Shown: positions 1 to 14,472 of the stretch, piece after piece | Layout of the letters: every line of letters begins with the position of its first letter | Position numbering within the stretch: the first letter of the stretch is position 1 | From: Tubulanus polymorphus | Taxonomy: Eukaryota; Animalia; Nemertea | Reading direction: 5' to 3' | Assembly: GCF_964204645.1 (NCBI RefSeq) | Contig: NC_134026.1 | Location: 3,681,950 to 3,745,949 of the forward strand | Length of the DNA stretch: 64,000 nucleotides | Made by a program: the position numbers and the translations under genes | Notes under the pieces: model-generated | What the model saw: only the letters and a program-made list of their open reading frames with translations | Told to the model about the DNA's origin: nothing | The model's database searches: none

Positions 1-1149
1 TTTTGCACCGCGCATAAATACGTTTTGTTACAACATTTCTAATGCGAAATTTTTATAGTCGACAATAATTTATATATAGATATATGTAGTCTAGGGCCAT
101 CAGCAACTTCAACCTGTCATCTGTAGACAGCCTTTCTGTACAGCTCTCCAATTAATTGTCATAAACAATCCGTTATAACATGCAAGTACGTATATGCATA
201 TAAATTGTCGTCTGTACGATATAAACAAATTGTAGAATTCGCGACAGAATTGACTCTGATTTTTTGCTATGCGCAAAAACCCTTCGCTGTCATGCGGACC
301 ACACAAAGTGTTGTCAATATGACGGCTCTCGTGGAAGCTGTAAGGGTCATTCACTGAAGCAAACCCTTTCAGCGGTGGTTTGTTAAAGAGTAACTTGAGC
401 TCAATAAAGTGCCATTCGTCGTAGTATCGACGCAACAACGAGATACGCTCACTGAAATTCGGTATCTTTTCGACATGACAATAAACAAGATTAACCCCCA
501 CATTACACTACTGGACAAAAACATAAGTTGTTAGCGATACAAAAAAATCCATGGGCGGCCTCGTCGACTTTCTGTCGCATCTTTTCAATAGCAATATTTA
601 GTATGAAATCATCAGTGACAATGGTATGAAAGAAGTAAATTGGAATTCATTTAGAATCGGAATTCATCCTAGTTTTTATTTTTCCATCTCATTTTCTTAA
701 TCCTATTTTCCGGACCTTATCCCAGAATATCTCCAACAGAAAAGCAACAGTTCCCAGTAACGGAAGTAAAGCGATCATCTGTTAGTAAAGCTACCGCGCT
801 GTAAAAATGCTCATCGTAATTCATTGCATCGTTTTAGTTTGTATGCTGACAACGCTGTTTACAGATTCGAAGACATAAAAGTCTTAGCTCGCAGTCGGGA
901 TATATGAACCGTCTGGTTTTAGGAATGACACGAAACACGATATCAAAGTCGAGAGATAAAAGACTTGGGCAAAAAGTAGACATGCGATGACCCGATCTGT
1001 CAATAGAAAAGCTCGGTGTCAAATTCTACGACGACGTTCTTTTATCGATGATTTGTAATTTGTAACATCGTGCGATCTGTAATATGGTCAAATTGATAAA
1101 GATAAGCTACGTTTAAACTGAACATTATACATTATCCATATGCTACGCA

Positions 1150-1460
1150 TCATGGACGACAATGACGTCACAGTTGCGTGTCGGTTACCCGGATTGTAAT
1201 CAGACTCGTCTAGCGCCGTGACGTGACGACCGCTACCACGTCTGTGCGGGTAATTTTCACCAGAACTGCCTACGGATCAGTATTTCAAGCTTCAGCGGGT
1301 CAAAAAACTATGATTCAGTAAAAGTCGAACGAACACGCGATCGAGCTATCAGCGTTCAGACACGGAAACAACGTCCACTGCGCAGGCGCAGTTTCCGCCA
1401 TTGCGATCATGTGATACCGCGTTGCAGACGACGATTTACGAGTTGGTGGCGATGTGTGCT
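1150..1460. promoter_or_regulatory. Promoter-like CpG-rich patch
   Basis: CRE palindrome TGACGTCA (1163-1170), GTGACGTGACG, NRF1 motif TGCGCAGGCGCA (1379-1390); no assignable gene in the window. Confidence 0.4.
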
Positions 1461-4400
1461 AAAATCAAACCAACCGTGAATTTAAATAAACCAGGCCCTG
1501 TCAGACACGCGAGTTAGCTTTCATATTTCGACCTTTTTTAATCAAATGTTTTAATCCACGCATCCTGTTCAACTGATTCACGTGACAGCTAAAGCGATTA
1601 ATGCGTCGCAAGATCGTGGTGGAACTTATCTCCGCATATGTCTTGCATGGCTGAACTTAATTTAAGTTTGTTTTTTAAAGCCGGCCTCATTTTGCGTCCG
1701 ATTCGCGATTCACCGTGTCTAAAAATGTTTGATTCGTTATTCTCGATCGACACTTGAAAATTGAAACTCGAAAACTACAGAATCGTAACTTTTTATAAGT
1801 CGGAACATGAAAGACCCTATTCAACGTGTACATGTATGGATAGTGGAAAATGTGTCATAACAATTTGTGCGTACGGTTCTGTGTTCGCAGACAAGTTGAG
1901 AATTTTCAATCGCCTCACTGGCGACGCCGTCAAAAACCTATAGGTCTCATCAACTACCCTCCACATCCCATAAGTTGTCATAACATGGCAATAATACATG
2001 ATAAATCGACGATTATTAAATCATACTTGTTGTCTGTCCAATTACAGCTAATCAGGGCAACAATTATAGCCGGTTTATCAACGATTTCCCGGCGGATCGG
2101 TGGCGCTAAGGTGTAACCAAACCGTCCAGACTCGTTGTTAGCGTTGCCGCCAAACTGTTATTATCTAAGACTGGACGGGCTCTCATCGGGCCCTGAGAAT
2201 GTGTCAAACGCGGCGCCGAAGTGCTACATAAAACACGTCATTAACAAAGCGTCTAAAGAGAGAGTCATTTGCGGGAGTAATTTGTACAAAAAAAGAAACA
2301 TCAATTTCAGTGAATGCGCCCGCCAGCTCGGATACAGCTATCATTCTACACATACCGGGAATGCCTAATTATTGAAGCATCAAAAATAGAGGCTTTTTGT
2401 ATAATATCTATAGTCTGAACCAACGAACTGTAACGATTCGCGATTTCGAAAGTGCCTTCATTCGAATACGTTCGATTCTGAATATCGAGATGATCGACGC
2501 ATTAACTAAGCAAACAATAAAGATACATTATAAAAAAGCCAGAAAAGCAAGAAAAAGAAATTTCTCGTGGCAATCTCGTCTCATTATGACGGGTTACCAA
2601 ATATCTTCAGTGTAAATCTGTTGTCTGAAAATTGCAAAAACCCAATTAACGTCGGCCACTAGACGTCATGGTCAGAATAGACCGCGTTGAGCGTTCATCG
2701 GTTTGGTAAACATTGAACTAAGCAGGTAATAATTAAGCGTGGCTCCAGCGCTAAGGCTGCCACGCCAGTAACGTATTACTTGTCAAATCCGAACTCTCAA
2801 ATGTTACATTACGGATATGAAATATCCTGTAAGCGAAACTTCAATAGCGAAGTATCATGCGACGTGCGCGCGCGCTCCAGTACCACCGGCACCTTCCCGA
2901 CTCCGAACAGAAATGGACGTTACCGGATATTGGATTATAACGTTTATGTGTAAACGTTTAATCTGACATTAACTCGATAATCCGAAGATTTGCTACTCGT
3001 TACTCAACGTATCACAATTTTTATTTGGTGAAACGTCAATATTGAATGTAAATGGACGAAAAAAGGTCGAGGGCACGTGGAGCTGACACTTCCTAGTGTC
3101 GTCTTTAAGAGTTATTCTGTTAGAATCTCAGATCTGGGAACTCCTCAGATTTGGAATGATTTCGAATAAAGCAACCTGAAGACCCAGTTAAATTTCTTCA
3201 TGAAATGTGTAGGCCTTAAGACCATAAATGAATTCAAAACTATTACACTGATGTTAATTCCATATTCTTAATTTCATATTCTCCCACGTTCAGTGAAAAA
3301 TCAACATTTTGTTGGTCAAGGGAGGCTGGCATATCTTGTCCATGAAAATGGCGGCTAGATCGATTTTGCTGTCGCTGTTCACATATTTAGCACATCAACG
3401 ATCAGGAAGATTGGAATGGCACTGTTTTAGTAACCAAACACGGCTCCGTTCAAACGACAATCTGCTATTTCTCCGGGAAGGGATTAGGCGGATTAGCAGA
3501 AGAAGAGTACAAGTTATACCAGAAAATATCTTGTGATTTAATCCTCTTGGCGCGAAAAACTGCGTGAAAACCGACAACATCGACAGTGTAACTAATGCTA
3601 CATCTTCATGTGAGACACGCAGAAGGACTTTTCTAAAAAATCTGAGGGAAAATTCATAATCTTTACAGATTTTGCGAACTGCCGGCGGCAACGACAAGCT
3701 TTAGCTAGTAACCGGAGCGCCGTCTTATTTCCTGCAAGGATCCGAGCCCTCGGAGGCAGCATCCATGACGTGTTAGAATTCTCGCTACATGTGTGAGATC
3801 GAGTCCAACTGTTCAAGTCGCGATTGCGCCAGGGCGGTGTACGTTAACACTTAATGCCCCGAACATTGATCGAATAGGCGAAATGAGATCCGACAGTGCT
3901 TGTATAACGCTAAGTAACTTTACATGTAAACTAGGACGACCATGGAACATCAGACGATACGACGAAGACGCCTGTGTCGCCGATTGATCGGGAAACTTGT
4001 CGTCGGCATTTCGCGATTCCGTGCTTCGAATTCCCACGGTGAAAATAAACAAGCGTAGATCAAGAGACTAACCACGACGTAGACTCGGTTAACAACACCC
4101 GAAACAAAGGTAGGTTTATGAAGAAAGCTTGTCGAGCAAACCGGAGACTCTTGTTACCAAATCTGGGAGAAAGCCAGCCAATATCTGTTCTTTGATGTAA
4201 CCGGTTTACATCGTGTTGCCACCAGTTCATCACTTTCCGCTTCAATCGCGCGCGCATACAAGCCTACAGTGTCCGTTAAAAAGCCACTCCGCGGAAGTAG
4301 TTTTTTTGAAATTCATTTTGAACGGGTGAAACGAATTCGTAACAAAGTGCCAAAACTGATCGATCGGATCAAAGACTACGTACAACATCTACGAGTAGGA

Positions 4401-7400
4401 GTGAATAGTAAAAAATAATTCCGACTTCAAAGGTCGGAGCACACCCCCTTTTTGACTCTCGACTGAGAGCTTAATGCAGTGGCATTAGCTGCCTACACGA
4501 AACAAAAAACAAAAACACATATTATTTTCAATAAACAATTTATTTGACTAAACAATTCATATGTAGATTGCTACCTACATTACGTGCTGTACGTGTGCAT
4601 GCAACAACGCTTTCAGTGGGATTTGCTCTTGATTTAGTTGAAATGAAATAACAACGAGGGTCGACCAAAATGAGTTATGAAGTTAGAGGTTGTTGGGAAT
4701 AGTCGCCGGTGAGTTTCATATATTGATTGGTGATAGAGACACGCTACTTTCAGCATGTTAGGCGACGGCGATCCGGGTCCAGACATGGGAATGTTGTCAC
4801 TACAATCAGCATGTTAGGCGGCGTAATACCTATCATTAGATCGTGTTCACAACGAGCAAGTCAACCATCATCTGAACAGTCGATAGAGAACAACTACACT
4901 GCGCGCATATGGACGGTTCCCAGCTGAAACGGGCGACCCCTGGTGGTAAATCCGGGAACTAAATGACCGGAAGGCTTGAATTTCATCCGCCCCCTGGCGT
5001 TGACATGAGAACACAATTAGGTTAGTAACTCCAAAATGCGCAGGGTAGGACCCCAATAATAGTACTGAACAAGAGATCTCCAATTAGTTCTACAAATAGT
5101 TAAGGTTGCGAAACAAAACTGTTGTGTGTAACATTCGTGGGTCCAAATCGTGGGAGACAAATTGATGATGTAACAGGGATTCCTTGAATTTTTTGTTTAC
5201 ACTTATAGTACCAAACATGGTGGGGTATTCTGCAATGTAATGTATGATCTGATGTAATGGTGTAGCTGTACTGGGATCCCCTCCATAAAAGTTTGATGAT
5301 CTAAAAAGTTTGGTAGGGTATGTCGGCCGAATTGTTCGTGGAAGGAAGTGATTTCCCCCGGAGATGAATTTAACTCTCGAGATCTTAATTTTACTATCGG
5401 ATATGAATGATTTTGGAATAGTGGTCTGAGCTCCGATGAAACTACGTAAATGATCCAGGTAAAAACTAGGCTTTATTTCAAGTTTATTATGCCTTTTCCA
5501 CCCGACAAAATTATGTTCGAGGTGGCGCCAACTACTGTATCGGGTCTGCAAAATATTGTCTGGTTCTTTAAGTCCTAAACACCAAAATATATGAACTAGA
5601 AATAAATTGAAATTTTAATTTCGTCAATCCTTTCTCTCCGGGCGTGACCTTAGCACGGATGACCCGAATTCTCTGTCGTCGGCCATTTTCTAGCTCGGAG
5701 ACGCTTCGTAATAACGGTTATGAGATACTCACTAGTGACCGCGGCGCATCACGCGCGTTTATCAAGAACCACAAGAGTGTGCCTGTAAAATTATGTCTTT
5801 TTGATAAGCAATAAAACATCCCACTATAGACCTCAAACTAGCCGGCCATAATACCAAATCGGTATTTAATAGACACAGGTTTGAGGACATATCGCGAGCC
5901 GCGTATTGTGCCGAAGACATTGTTCACGGTGAATTTAATAAATTAAATAACCAGGAAAAGACAGAGGCGCCAACGTATAGTGCCCTATAATTATGTAGTC
6001 ACCGAAGTATCGGACCAGATCGTGGTTAATCACTTGGATAATATACTAGCGGCACATGTCCCGGGTACAATGCCGGCTCCACCTCCTATTAAGCTATAAG
6101 AGTGGCTTGTTATTGACACCACCCGGCCTAGGGCGCTATGACTGGCTGATTCCAACGACGTGAAGACTCGACGCGAATCTGTCTTTATTTTGAAGTGGTA
6201 AATATTTGGAAACTGAACGATAAGCGCCACTTGAATAGAGGATTTTCTCTTCGGTCATTGAAACGAAGAAGAAAAAGACGCGGCAAATCACTCCTTGATA
6301 GACGAATAAAAATATCACCAGACAATGAATGCCGAGCACAGTTCGCAACGGGTGGCATAAATACCGACGGTTTGAATCGAATAATTTGCGAAAGTAAATC
6401 GGTTTTCAATCCCAATGATTTCCTGCTGCTTCAACCTCATAATTTACTCCAAAAAGCTCCCCTCGCCGTTGCTTTACGAGTGGTAGAAAAATAAGGAGAC
6501 ATCTAATAACGACAACTTCGGGCGTAGAAACATATTTCTTAAATTAATCGATGACTTAGATCCGCAGAACTGAGACTCGGATGCGAATCGATCAATCCGC
6601 TTGTCAAAATTGCGATTCAGTAGTCGAAATATCTTCGCCGAAGCTTACGTGAAATCAATTTGAAATTGGACGTTAAAACGGAATAAACGCATTTGTTTTA
6701 AATAAATGCGAACATTAGTAGAACGTGTCGACGTTACGGGAACGCTGCGTGAAATAGTCAGCGTTTTACGTCATCGGCGGCGAGAACGACATCAATTGCG
6801 CCGACGAAATCTGATTAATGAACAATTACAAAATGTCGTTATTTCAAACGAGAAATTCAACTTATGACAAATGTATTAATTAGAACGTACGATATGTTTA
6901 AACTATCTCTATAACGAGTTGACGTTTTCACGGCGCAGCGTCGAGTCACGTGACCCGATGATTATCTCCTGCACGAGTGGCGAAGTCTAGCTTCAGTCGA
7001 GTTTACGTAGAAGGTTCAAGAGTGATTTTTTTTAAAACTTTGAAATATTCATTGTCCTTCTTATTTATTTGATTGGTAGATTTGATTTGATTTGGTGTCC
7101 CTTACAAACCACCACATCTACCGGAAGTACAATCGAAGTACAGATAATTCAATTCAATTCAATATATATCTATTGTCCTTTGAGTGAAATAATAAGATGA
7201 GGAAAAGGATAACATACACGATTTATAGGAAATCATAATATGTATATTTGGGTGATTGGTCGAATTAGCAGATATTTTTGTTTAATTCGAAATTCATAAG
7301 TGGAAATTTTGGTTCCGGTTCATGTAAACACTCATTATTTCTCTATCCAAAAACTTTCATTTTCTATTACCATACGAATAATAAGAGTCGAGTCGAATAG

Positions 7401-10400
7401 ATTTTCCTTTCGTCCCCAGATAAACAAAATATTGACAAACGACAGATGAATATAAATCTCGCAGAGACGGCTCTTTTTCCTTGCCGTTCGGTGCCGATCG
7501 TAAAAATGTTTTCTAACTGGCGCGTGGGGGAAGGAAACGGGAGACGCCCGATGACCCAAACTGCATCGACTTAGTATTAATGTAATAGTGAAGTCATGTT
7601 TCGGATATTTCCGCACCTGTGTTAATTTCGACACGGAAAATTTATTAACAGTGGCCCCTTCTACGCGGGTAAGCACAAACAAAGTCGCGAACTAAGAGCT
7701 GAAACACGGGTAATTATATTTAACCGTTCACGGGTTACTAACGGCTTTCGTTCGAACAATAACGACCAAAAACACTCACATCCTCTTCCGATACAGAAAT
7801 AAAAATTCATACGAATTCAATTCATCTATCTTGCGATTTCATTACATTTATTAAAATTTCAGACAATACATCAGTTACTAACGCTCGTGATGGTGACAAC
7901 GCTGATTCGAGTATCGCCTGTTACAGTCGCATCTTTCACCAACATCCGCCGCCGTCATGACAGTTAAATTTCTCAAGAAAATATAAACTGATTAGAACAA
8001 GCCGACCGGTGACTGCTACGCCGAAACGATACAGGTGTTTGTTATCCCGGAGTCGGCGTCACGATATCACCCACGATTTCAATTATTTTACCACTTACAG
8101 CTCGTTTTTGCGACTGTTCCATTAACTTTCGTCAATAATTCATAATTATGAATTAAAGCCTTTTTAAACCGACGAAATTAAAACGCGAGTTTCGTGAGAA
8201 CTGTTGTTTTCACAAGATTAAAGTTTCGGTTAATGATGGTGAATGTTTTTTTTCTATTCTTATTACAGTCACGGATTCTAAAACGGTTTTCGATGTAAAG
8301 TCCGTGTCATACGACCGAAAGTTTTCATCGTTAAATACAGCCGTGGCAAAAAGAACAAAAACAACGGTGAATTCCTAAAAGCCACCAAAACTAGTGTGAA
8401 ATACTAGAATTCGGACTGCAGCATATTGACATAGGAAATTTCGATTGCAGGGGCTGAAATTACTAAATTCTAGAATAAGGGGAAAAATCCTGGTTGCTTA
8501 CAGACTGAAAACCTTCGGCCACGAGAGGCTGCAGAAAGTAGGGATTAAGAGTAACCAAATGACACGAAATTAAAGCTTCGTTTATCTCGGCAATATCGAG
8601 ACTGCCATTTCATTCATGCTACACCAAACCGGCGAGCTGTACAACACTTAAAACTGTTTCATCCACGCCAAATATGTTTGCGACGTTTTTCATAACCAGC
8701 TGACGCGCGGTCACCCTGGGAATAGACGCTTAATGGGTAACGGCTGTAGCATTTACGGCGACTAATGGACCGGCGAGTTTTTACGTTTTTGTTCATAAAC
8801 GCTGTCGAAAACGGGATGAAATTTTCACGTTTGACGTATTCCGCAAGGATTCCAACGTTATTAAGTTTCACGTTGAACGCCATATAACGCCGTGTACGGT
8901 CACGTATTCTATACAGCGTCAGGGTTACATCCGGTATCGGGCCCCGATGGACGTCAATTGGCGTCATTTTCACAGTTACGTCGCTTCAAAATGGTGCATT
9001 TCTCTTTAGGTAACGACCATGAAAGTGCATTTGTAAAATGTGAGATTTCATGGCGGATGTTTCCAGAATGGACCCATTTCAATGGGTAAAATGCGCATAA
9101 TTCCGATCTATTATTCGCACGTGGCTCGAACAATTCGAAGAGTTTGTTCCGTCTTTAGGTTCATGACCCCGTGTAGCCTACTGCATCCTCGGGGGACCCC
9201 CAGGCGGAGCGCCCGACAGATTTAGTGACTGGTGCGCGTGCCCGATGTCACGTGTCTACAGTTACTAACTATACTGTGTAGTGCCTACTCAGAATTGAAA
9301 TAATCGTAATCAATCGTTAATACAGAGCCCAAAATATATTTCTATGAAAAGGTGAAGTAAACCGTGGCTAAAAGAGCATAAACTACTATCATCAGCGAAT
9401 ACGGAATTTTTCTCACGATTAGACATTTTATACCCCTTCAGTTTTTTCTCGTTACGCTTAACTCGTGGTCTCTCGGCGTTCTGATATTTCTGATAATCTA
9501 CCGTTTTAATGCCCCATTATTACTGCGTAGAATAGTTTGTCTGGGGAGACAAATATCGCTTAAACAGGTGGCCTGATGATTACAACGGAATAAACCACGG
9601 TGGTTGATAACGCATTCGCAAGAATTATTAGTTCTAACACAATCGAGAGATAGTGGCGTTTCTAGATATTTTAGATTATTGAGCTCGAACTTCAGGTAAG
9701 TATTTTACGATTCATCTCTATCAATTGCCGATAAAATGAAAGTAATCTCTTTCGAGTGATTTGCCGCTGGAATGTTGACACATAATAAAATCCGAAGAAA
9801 CATAATGACATATTTGCCCCTTGCGGGTGTTTGACGACAAATAATTCAAATATATTTTATGATCGTCTGTTATTGTGCTGTGGACACTAAAGGCGGGACG
9901 ACTAACATTCGCAACACTCTAGTGACCATTATCACCGATGTGTTGATTTCTGATCCTCACGGGTGTAGTGTATATCAAAAGCGGATTGCCGCCCTCGCTT
10001 GCCATAAAGTAATGGATATGATCGTTTACGGTCCGGCTCCGGCGTATTCTGTCTATACTACACATTGTTTGGTCAGTTACCTCGCATACCCTCAAAAATT
10101 CGGAGCAACCCCCAATACGTTTACTTCTCGGTGACATCTGCCAGAGCAAGGATTGAAAATAATCTAACATCATTCAAAGTATATCCGAGCGGGTCGTTAT
10201 TCTGTCTTCAGCATATGACTCGGCAAGTTTTTAATCGGTTTTTGGCGCTGCGAATTTAATCTACGAAAATCCAAACCTCGGGTGCTTTTTCGAAGACGTA
10301 ACGAAACCAACGAGTGAATCGATAACAAAATACACGATAAACGGAAGAAAATACATAGGATTAGGCAGACTACACTTTCAAATCTGGCATCAATCTTTGA

Positions 10401-13400
10401 ACTAACTTTCCTACTTAGGTTTTCGGAGAAATCGGGAGGATTTGCCTCAGTCAAAAGGTGGCTTGGTATATGTATCATGATATTTATTTTACAAACTATC
10501 ATCAACTCTCGTCATTCTATAACCGTAAGATGGAATTCCAATCCTTTTACTCGATAGTCTTCATAAACTTCTCCATTCGTCGAAATCACGCAAAAAATAT
10601 GTCCTTTTGTTATTTTTCTTTTATCGTGTATCCCTTTGAGAATATTCATCGCAAAACGAAGCCACGGTTTAAAAATGGCCCTTGACCGAACTCGATGAAA
10701 AGACACAATTATGCAATAGATACTACGACAAAGACTCTAAACCGAATGCCGAAATAAAGGCCAACAATTCAACAAATCACAGTCGTATTTTTGTCGTTAA
10801 AACGCATACATACAAATCGTGATAAAATATTCATCGAATGTGAGCAAGCGGTTGTCGAACGCAGAATTTTAGATAGTCATGTGAGACAGGGTGACCAACC
10901 GGATATCATATGAACTCGCTGCCAACAGCGATGCTATTTTCTTGGCAGAAGTTTCCAAGCAAGTTTTACAACAATCGGAATTGTTCATCACAGGGAATAA
11001 AAAATGGCGTTCATCTTACAGCCCCCAGCAGTTCGAGCATTCTTACCGCTCACCAATGGTTTTATCGAGCATAACAAATGATATATCCGTATATCAAAGA
11101 CGACGAGTCATATTTCCCGGCTTCCACTGACTGTAGCTGCCATTTCAATTATTTATATAGATCAGGTTCACAAAAATACACCCTCAACTGTAATCTTATC
11201 GTAAACCATAGAATTCCCGTACCCCCACACAATAAGCCAGAAAATCTGATTTCACCTCTGTTTACACAATTCATTTCTTAGATGTATGAATAATTGATTG
11301 ATCCCGAGGGATCAAAAGAATCGTGGTTTTTCTAGCTTGAAATTAATGAATTGATGTGCCGAACGCACAATATGTCTTAAGACGAGGGAGAGGATGGAGC
11401 CATTCGGGTTCTGGACGAAGGCATCAATTTCTTCGGCTAAACTCGGCATTAACGAGGATCTTGATTTTGATGAATATTTCACGACAATCTGATGGAGAAA
11501 CATTATTACAGGTTCAGATAAGAAGAAAATGATATCGAATAGGTCCGCGAACGCTTAGCAAGCCACGAAAGACACAGATGGAATATTTGAATTATTCTAT
11601 GAAGATATTAACCCACCCCGGCCCATTTTGTAGAGCCCAGTAGTGGCCATCTCAAACCGAAAAATAATAAGGTATGATGTCTTCGAAATCACACAGAGTT
11701 TGTGTTATAGTTCGCGCCCACACACCACGCCACTGGTTAATATGTGTTTCTTCATCGCAGACAACGATTGAAACAATGTTTCGGTTTCGAACACTTTGCC
11801 ACGAAACAAGCCCGAAAAACGTTTTGGTCATAATGTTTATTTCGTACTATGGAGCGCTAGGCTTCACACGAGGTCATACGGCGGTACCCTGACGACCACA
11901 AACGTAATCACCGTGTGCTGATAAATTTAGGCATCTAAACCCGAGGACATGAAATAGCTGCTCGGGGATTAGAACCGGCTGAGGAAAATGACAAGTCCAC
12001 GCTCATAATCTGACCTCATTGGTGTAGTTTGCTACTTCTGAAAGCTCTTAGCCGGTAAATATGTTTTAATCTAGCGTTGTTGGAGCTGTAATGCGGGTTG
12101 TGCTCGGGGAAATATCGCGTTTCACAGCTAGCAAAGACCAAGAGGTGGGCAGCTCATTCACTGCTAACGCGATCTAAGTGTTCAGGTCTCCCGCTCTCTT
12201 TTTACCCGTTTGTGCATGTGAAAGATTTGTCGACGGAACATCACTTTCCAAGACCCAAGATACCGCATAATGGCCACATTAATAACAACAACACGCTGGC
12301 ACTCGAGCGGCGAAAGACCATCAAAAGTGGAAGATTGTTGGCGTATTGTTACCATGGTTATAATCCATAAGTTCTGATCTTTTCAAATCATTTGAAAGTG
12401 ATCGGTGTTTATTTAATGTAAGTTGAGCCCGTGGAACATTAATGGTCAGGAAAGGCTTACATAGGAGGCTAAACATATGTCAAGTTTGTTCCCACTTGTC
12501 ACTGGGATTATTTATGTCCGGACGATTATGTTTCAACCAGCTTCGATTGGATCATTTTGCCGGTGACCGTGCGCGCGAGGCTCAAATTTTCGAGAGAAAC
12601 AATTTTTAACCGAGAAACCGTTTATGGCTACCCTTTATACATTTTACGCAGTGATTAGAATTAGATCTTTACTCCTCCAGATGTATTCATATTCATTTCA
12701 TTCATCCAAAAACAACATTTCGAACAATTCCTCCATAAAAACAAAGGTTGCAAAAATTCTCCAAAATCAGATTTTCTCCTTGATAAACCATCATTTCAAA
12801 AGTACAAAAATGCCGCGTAAATTGTACTTTTATTCTCGCTTTATTGATAAGACCTCTTCTCTAAATTACCCAAAATAAACATACGTATCTTTATAATAAA
12901 CTTTATTCATTGACAAAGTTTCATATATACTTCATTTCTGTGCTTTCATAAACGATCGATCGACAGAAATTTCTTGCCTTAGAATTTCCGCGCTGTCCCT
13001 TTATTTTTTTTTCAAAATCTAAGCTTCAGCACATTATCTGATTATTTTCGTCCGTTTTTGTCAATCTTTCTACGGCGGCTTCTCTGTCTGGCTTAAGTGT
13101 TTACTGACGGAGTCAAGTAGCTGAATTTCCTACACGCAGCAGTGATCCCTACGGATAAGAAAGTAACAGATAAGCATGTCAAATGGATCACGATAAGGCT
13201 AAAACTGGCCCTCGAAAAATTATACATCACATTACATAATGTATCCGAGAAAGTGGCCAATTTGACTAGAAGGAGTCTAAGTGGAGATTAACAGAACATA
13301 ACAAAATGTAAAAGTTTGTGAAGAACTTTGCAATTTCGATGCAGTAGTTTCGATATCATTTTGAAACTATCATCTGGTTCATAGAAAGTCACCATTATTT

Positions 13401-14158
13401 CAAATATGTAGCTTAGATACATAACATTCACATTTTAGCGAAGTCATAAGCTGTAATTAACGCATAGTGACTCAATATGTATTATGCAAGTAACACGAAG
13501 CCCACACCTGTTAGAACTTCAAGGTCACATTCAAGATTATATCATAATACGAAAAGCCGAGATACGGAACACGTTAAAAGATTTCGGTAGATCTAAGATA
13601 TGCCTCCCATTTGCATTATCCTAACATTCATAGAAATGTCTTCGATTCTATAGAAAAAAAACTAAAGTTCAAAGAAAAACCTAAGTTTAAATGATATCAA
13701 TGAATCGAGAAACAAATGTTCGCAACATGCACATACTGCAACTGAAAATCGCTTGAGGACAAGTATCCCCTTACACGAGGACATGGCACTTAATATGGCT
13801 AACTATTGGCTTGTTAATTCCCAGTGATCTGAGTGAATAACATTTCAATAGATCAGAAAATGCAGGCAATTTATAAAGAAACACGAGCATGCCTGGCATA
13901 ATGTGGCCGCACGTTAGCTCATTAGCAAACGCCTTAATGAAGAATTTCAACAAACCCGGACTCGAATCCAAAGGTTTTACATGTTCTTAGGTTACGAAAA
14001 TCCTATTACGCATAAACTTTGGTTTATCCAGAAAAAAAAAACCGTCATTGGAGATATCGAGACGAGATGTAGCGACATAACAATGGTTTGGCGTAACGGT
14101 CTTTTTGCTATTAGCTATTTGATCCAAGACAGAAAATATTTCATAATGACCGTGTTAC

Positions 14159-14472
14159 CGAATGAAATGGTTTCGTGAGACTGTAACAGTAGCCATACAG
14201 CGTGCAAACAGTTAAACTGGGACCAATTAATACATGTAATGAAGCTGACGAAGACGGCAGGTTTCGCATTGCGTCTTTTCAGCTTCAGTGGTAATCCGGC
14301 GAGCTGAAACAAGACAATTAGAATGCAGATAGACTGACATTCAGTCATCAGATTACAAAGCACGCACCCCAGTAGAAAACCAGATTGAAACCTTAGAGTT
14401 TTGTGCCAGCTCTTTTTCTGTGAAGATTCCGAGAGAGATGGAGAAACATCGACAGAGAGAGAAAGAGACTGA
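14159..14472 (-). other. Candidate alternative promoter plus two 5' exons of a minus-strand gene
   Basis: Inr TCAGTC (14467-14472) in a CT-rich tract, donor AAG|GTTTCA, 88-nt intron (14304-14391) with CTAAT branch site and ttgtcttgtttcag acceptor, then an exon ending ATG GCT ACT...ATT CG|gtaaca (MATVTVSRNHFIR). Confidence 0.4.

Noticed and set aside
109-510. 130-aa minus-strand ORF preceded by an acceptor-like tttttgtccag
   Set aside because: No recognisable homology; could be an exon of the off-window gene but cannot be supported
3395-4257. Chain of overlapping minus-strand ORFs as a frameshifted pseudogene
   Set aside because: No recognisable protein motif in any frame on either strand; GC-rich sequence yields long ORFs by chance
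4750-4820. CRISPR-like 15-bp direct repeats TCAGCATGTTAGGCG spaced 56 bp apart
   Set aside because: Only two units, too short, eukaryotic context, no cas genes
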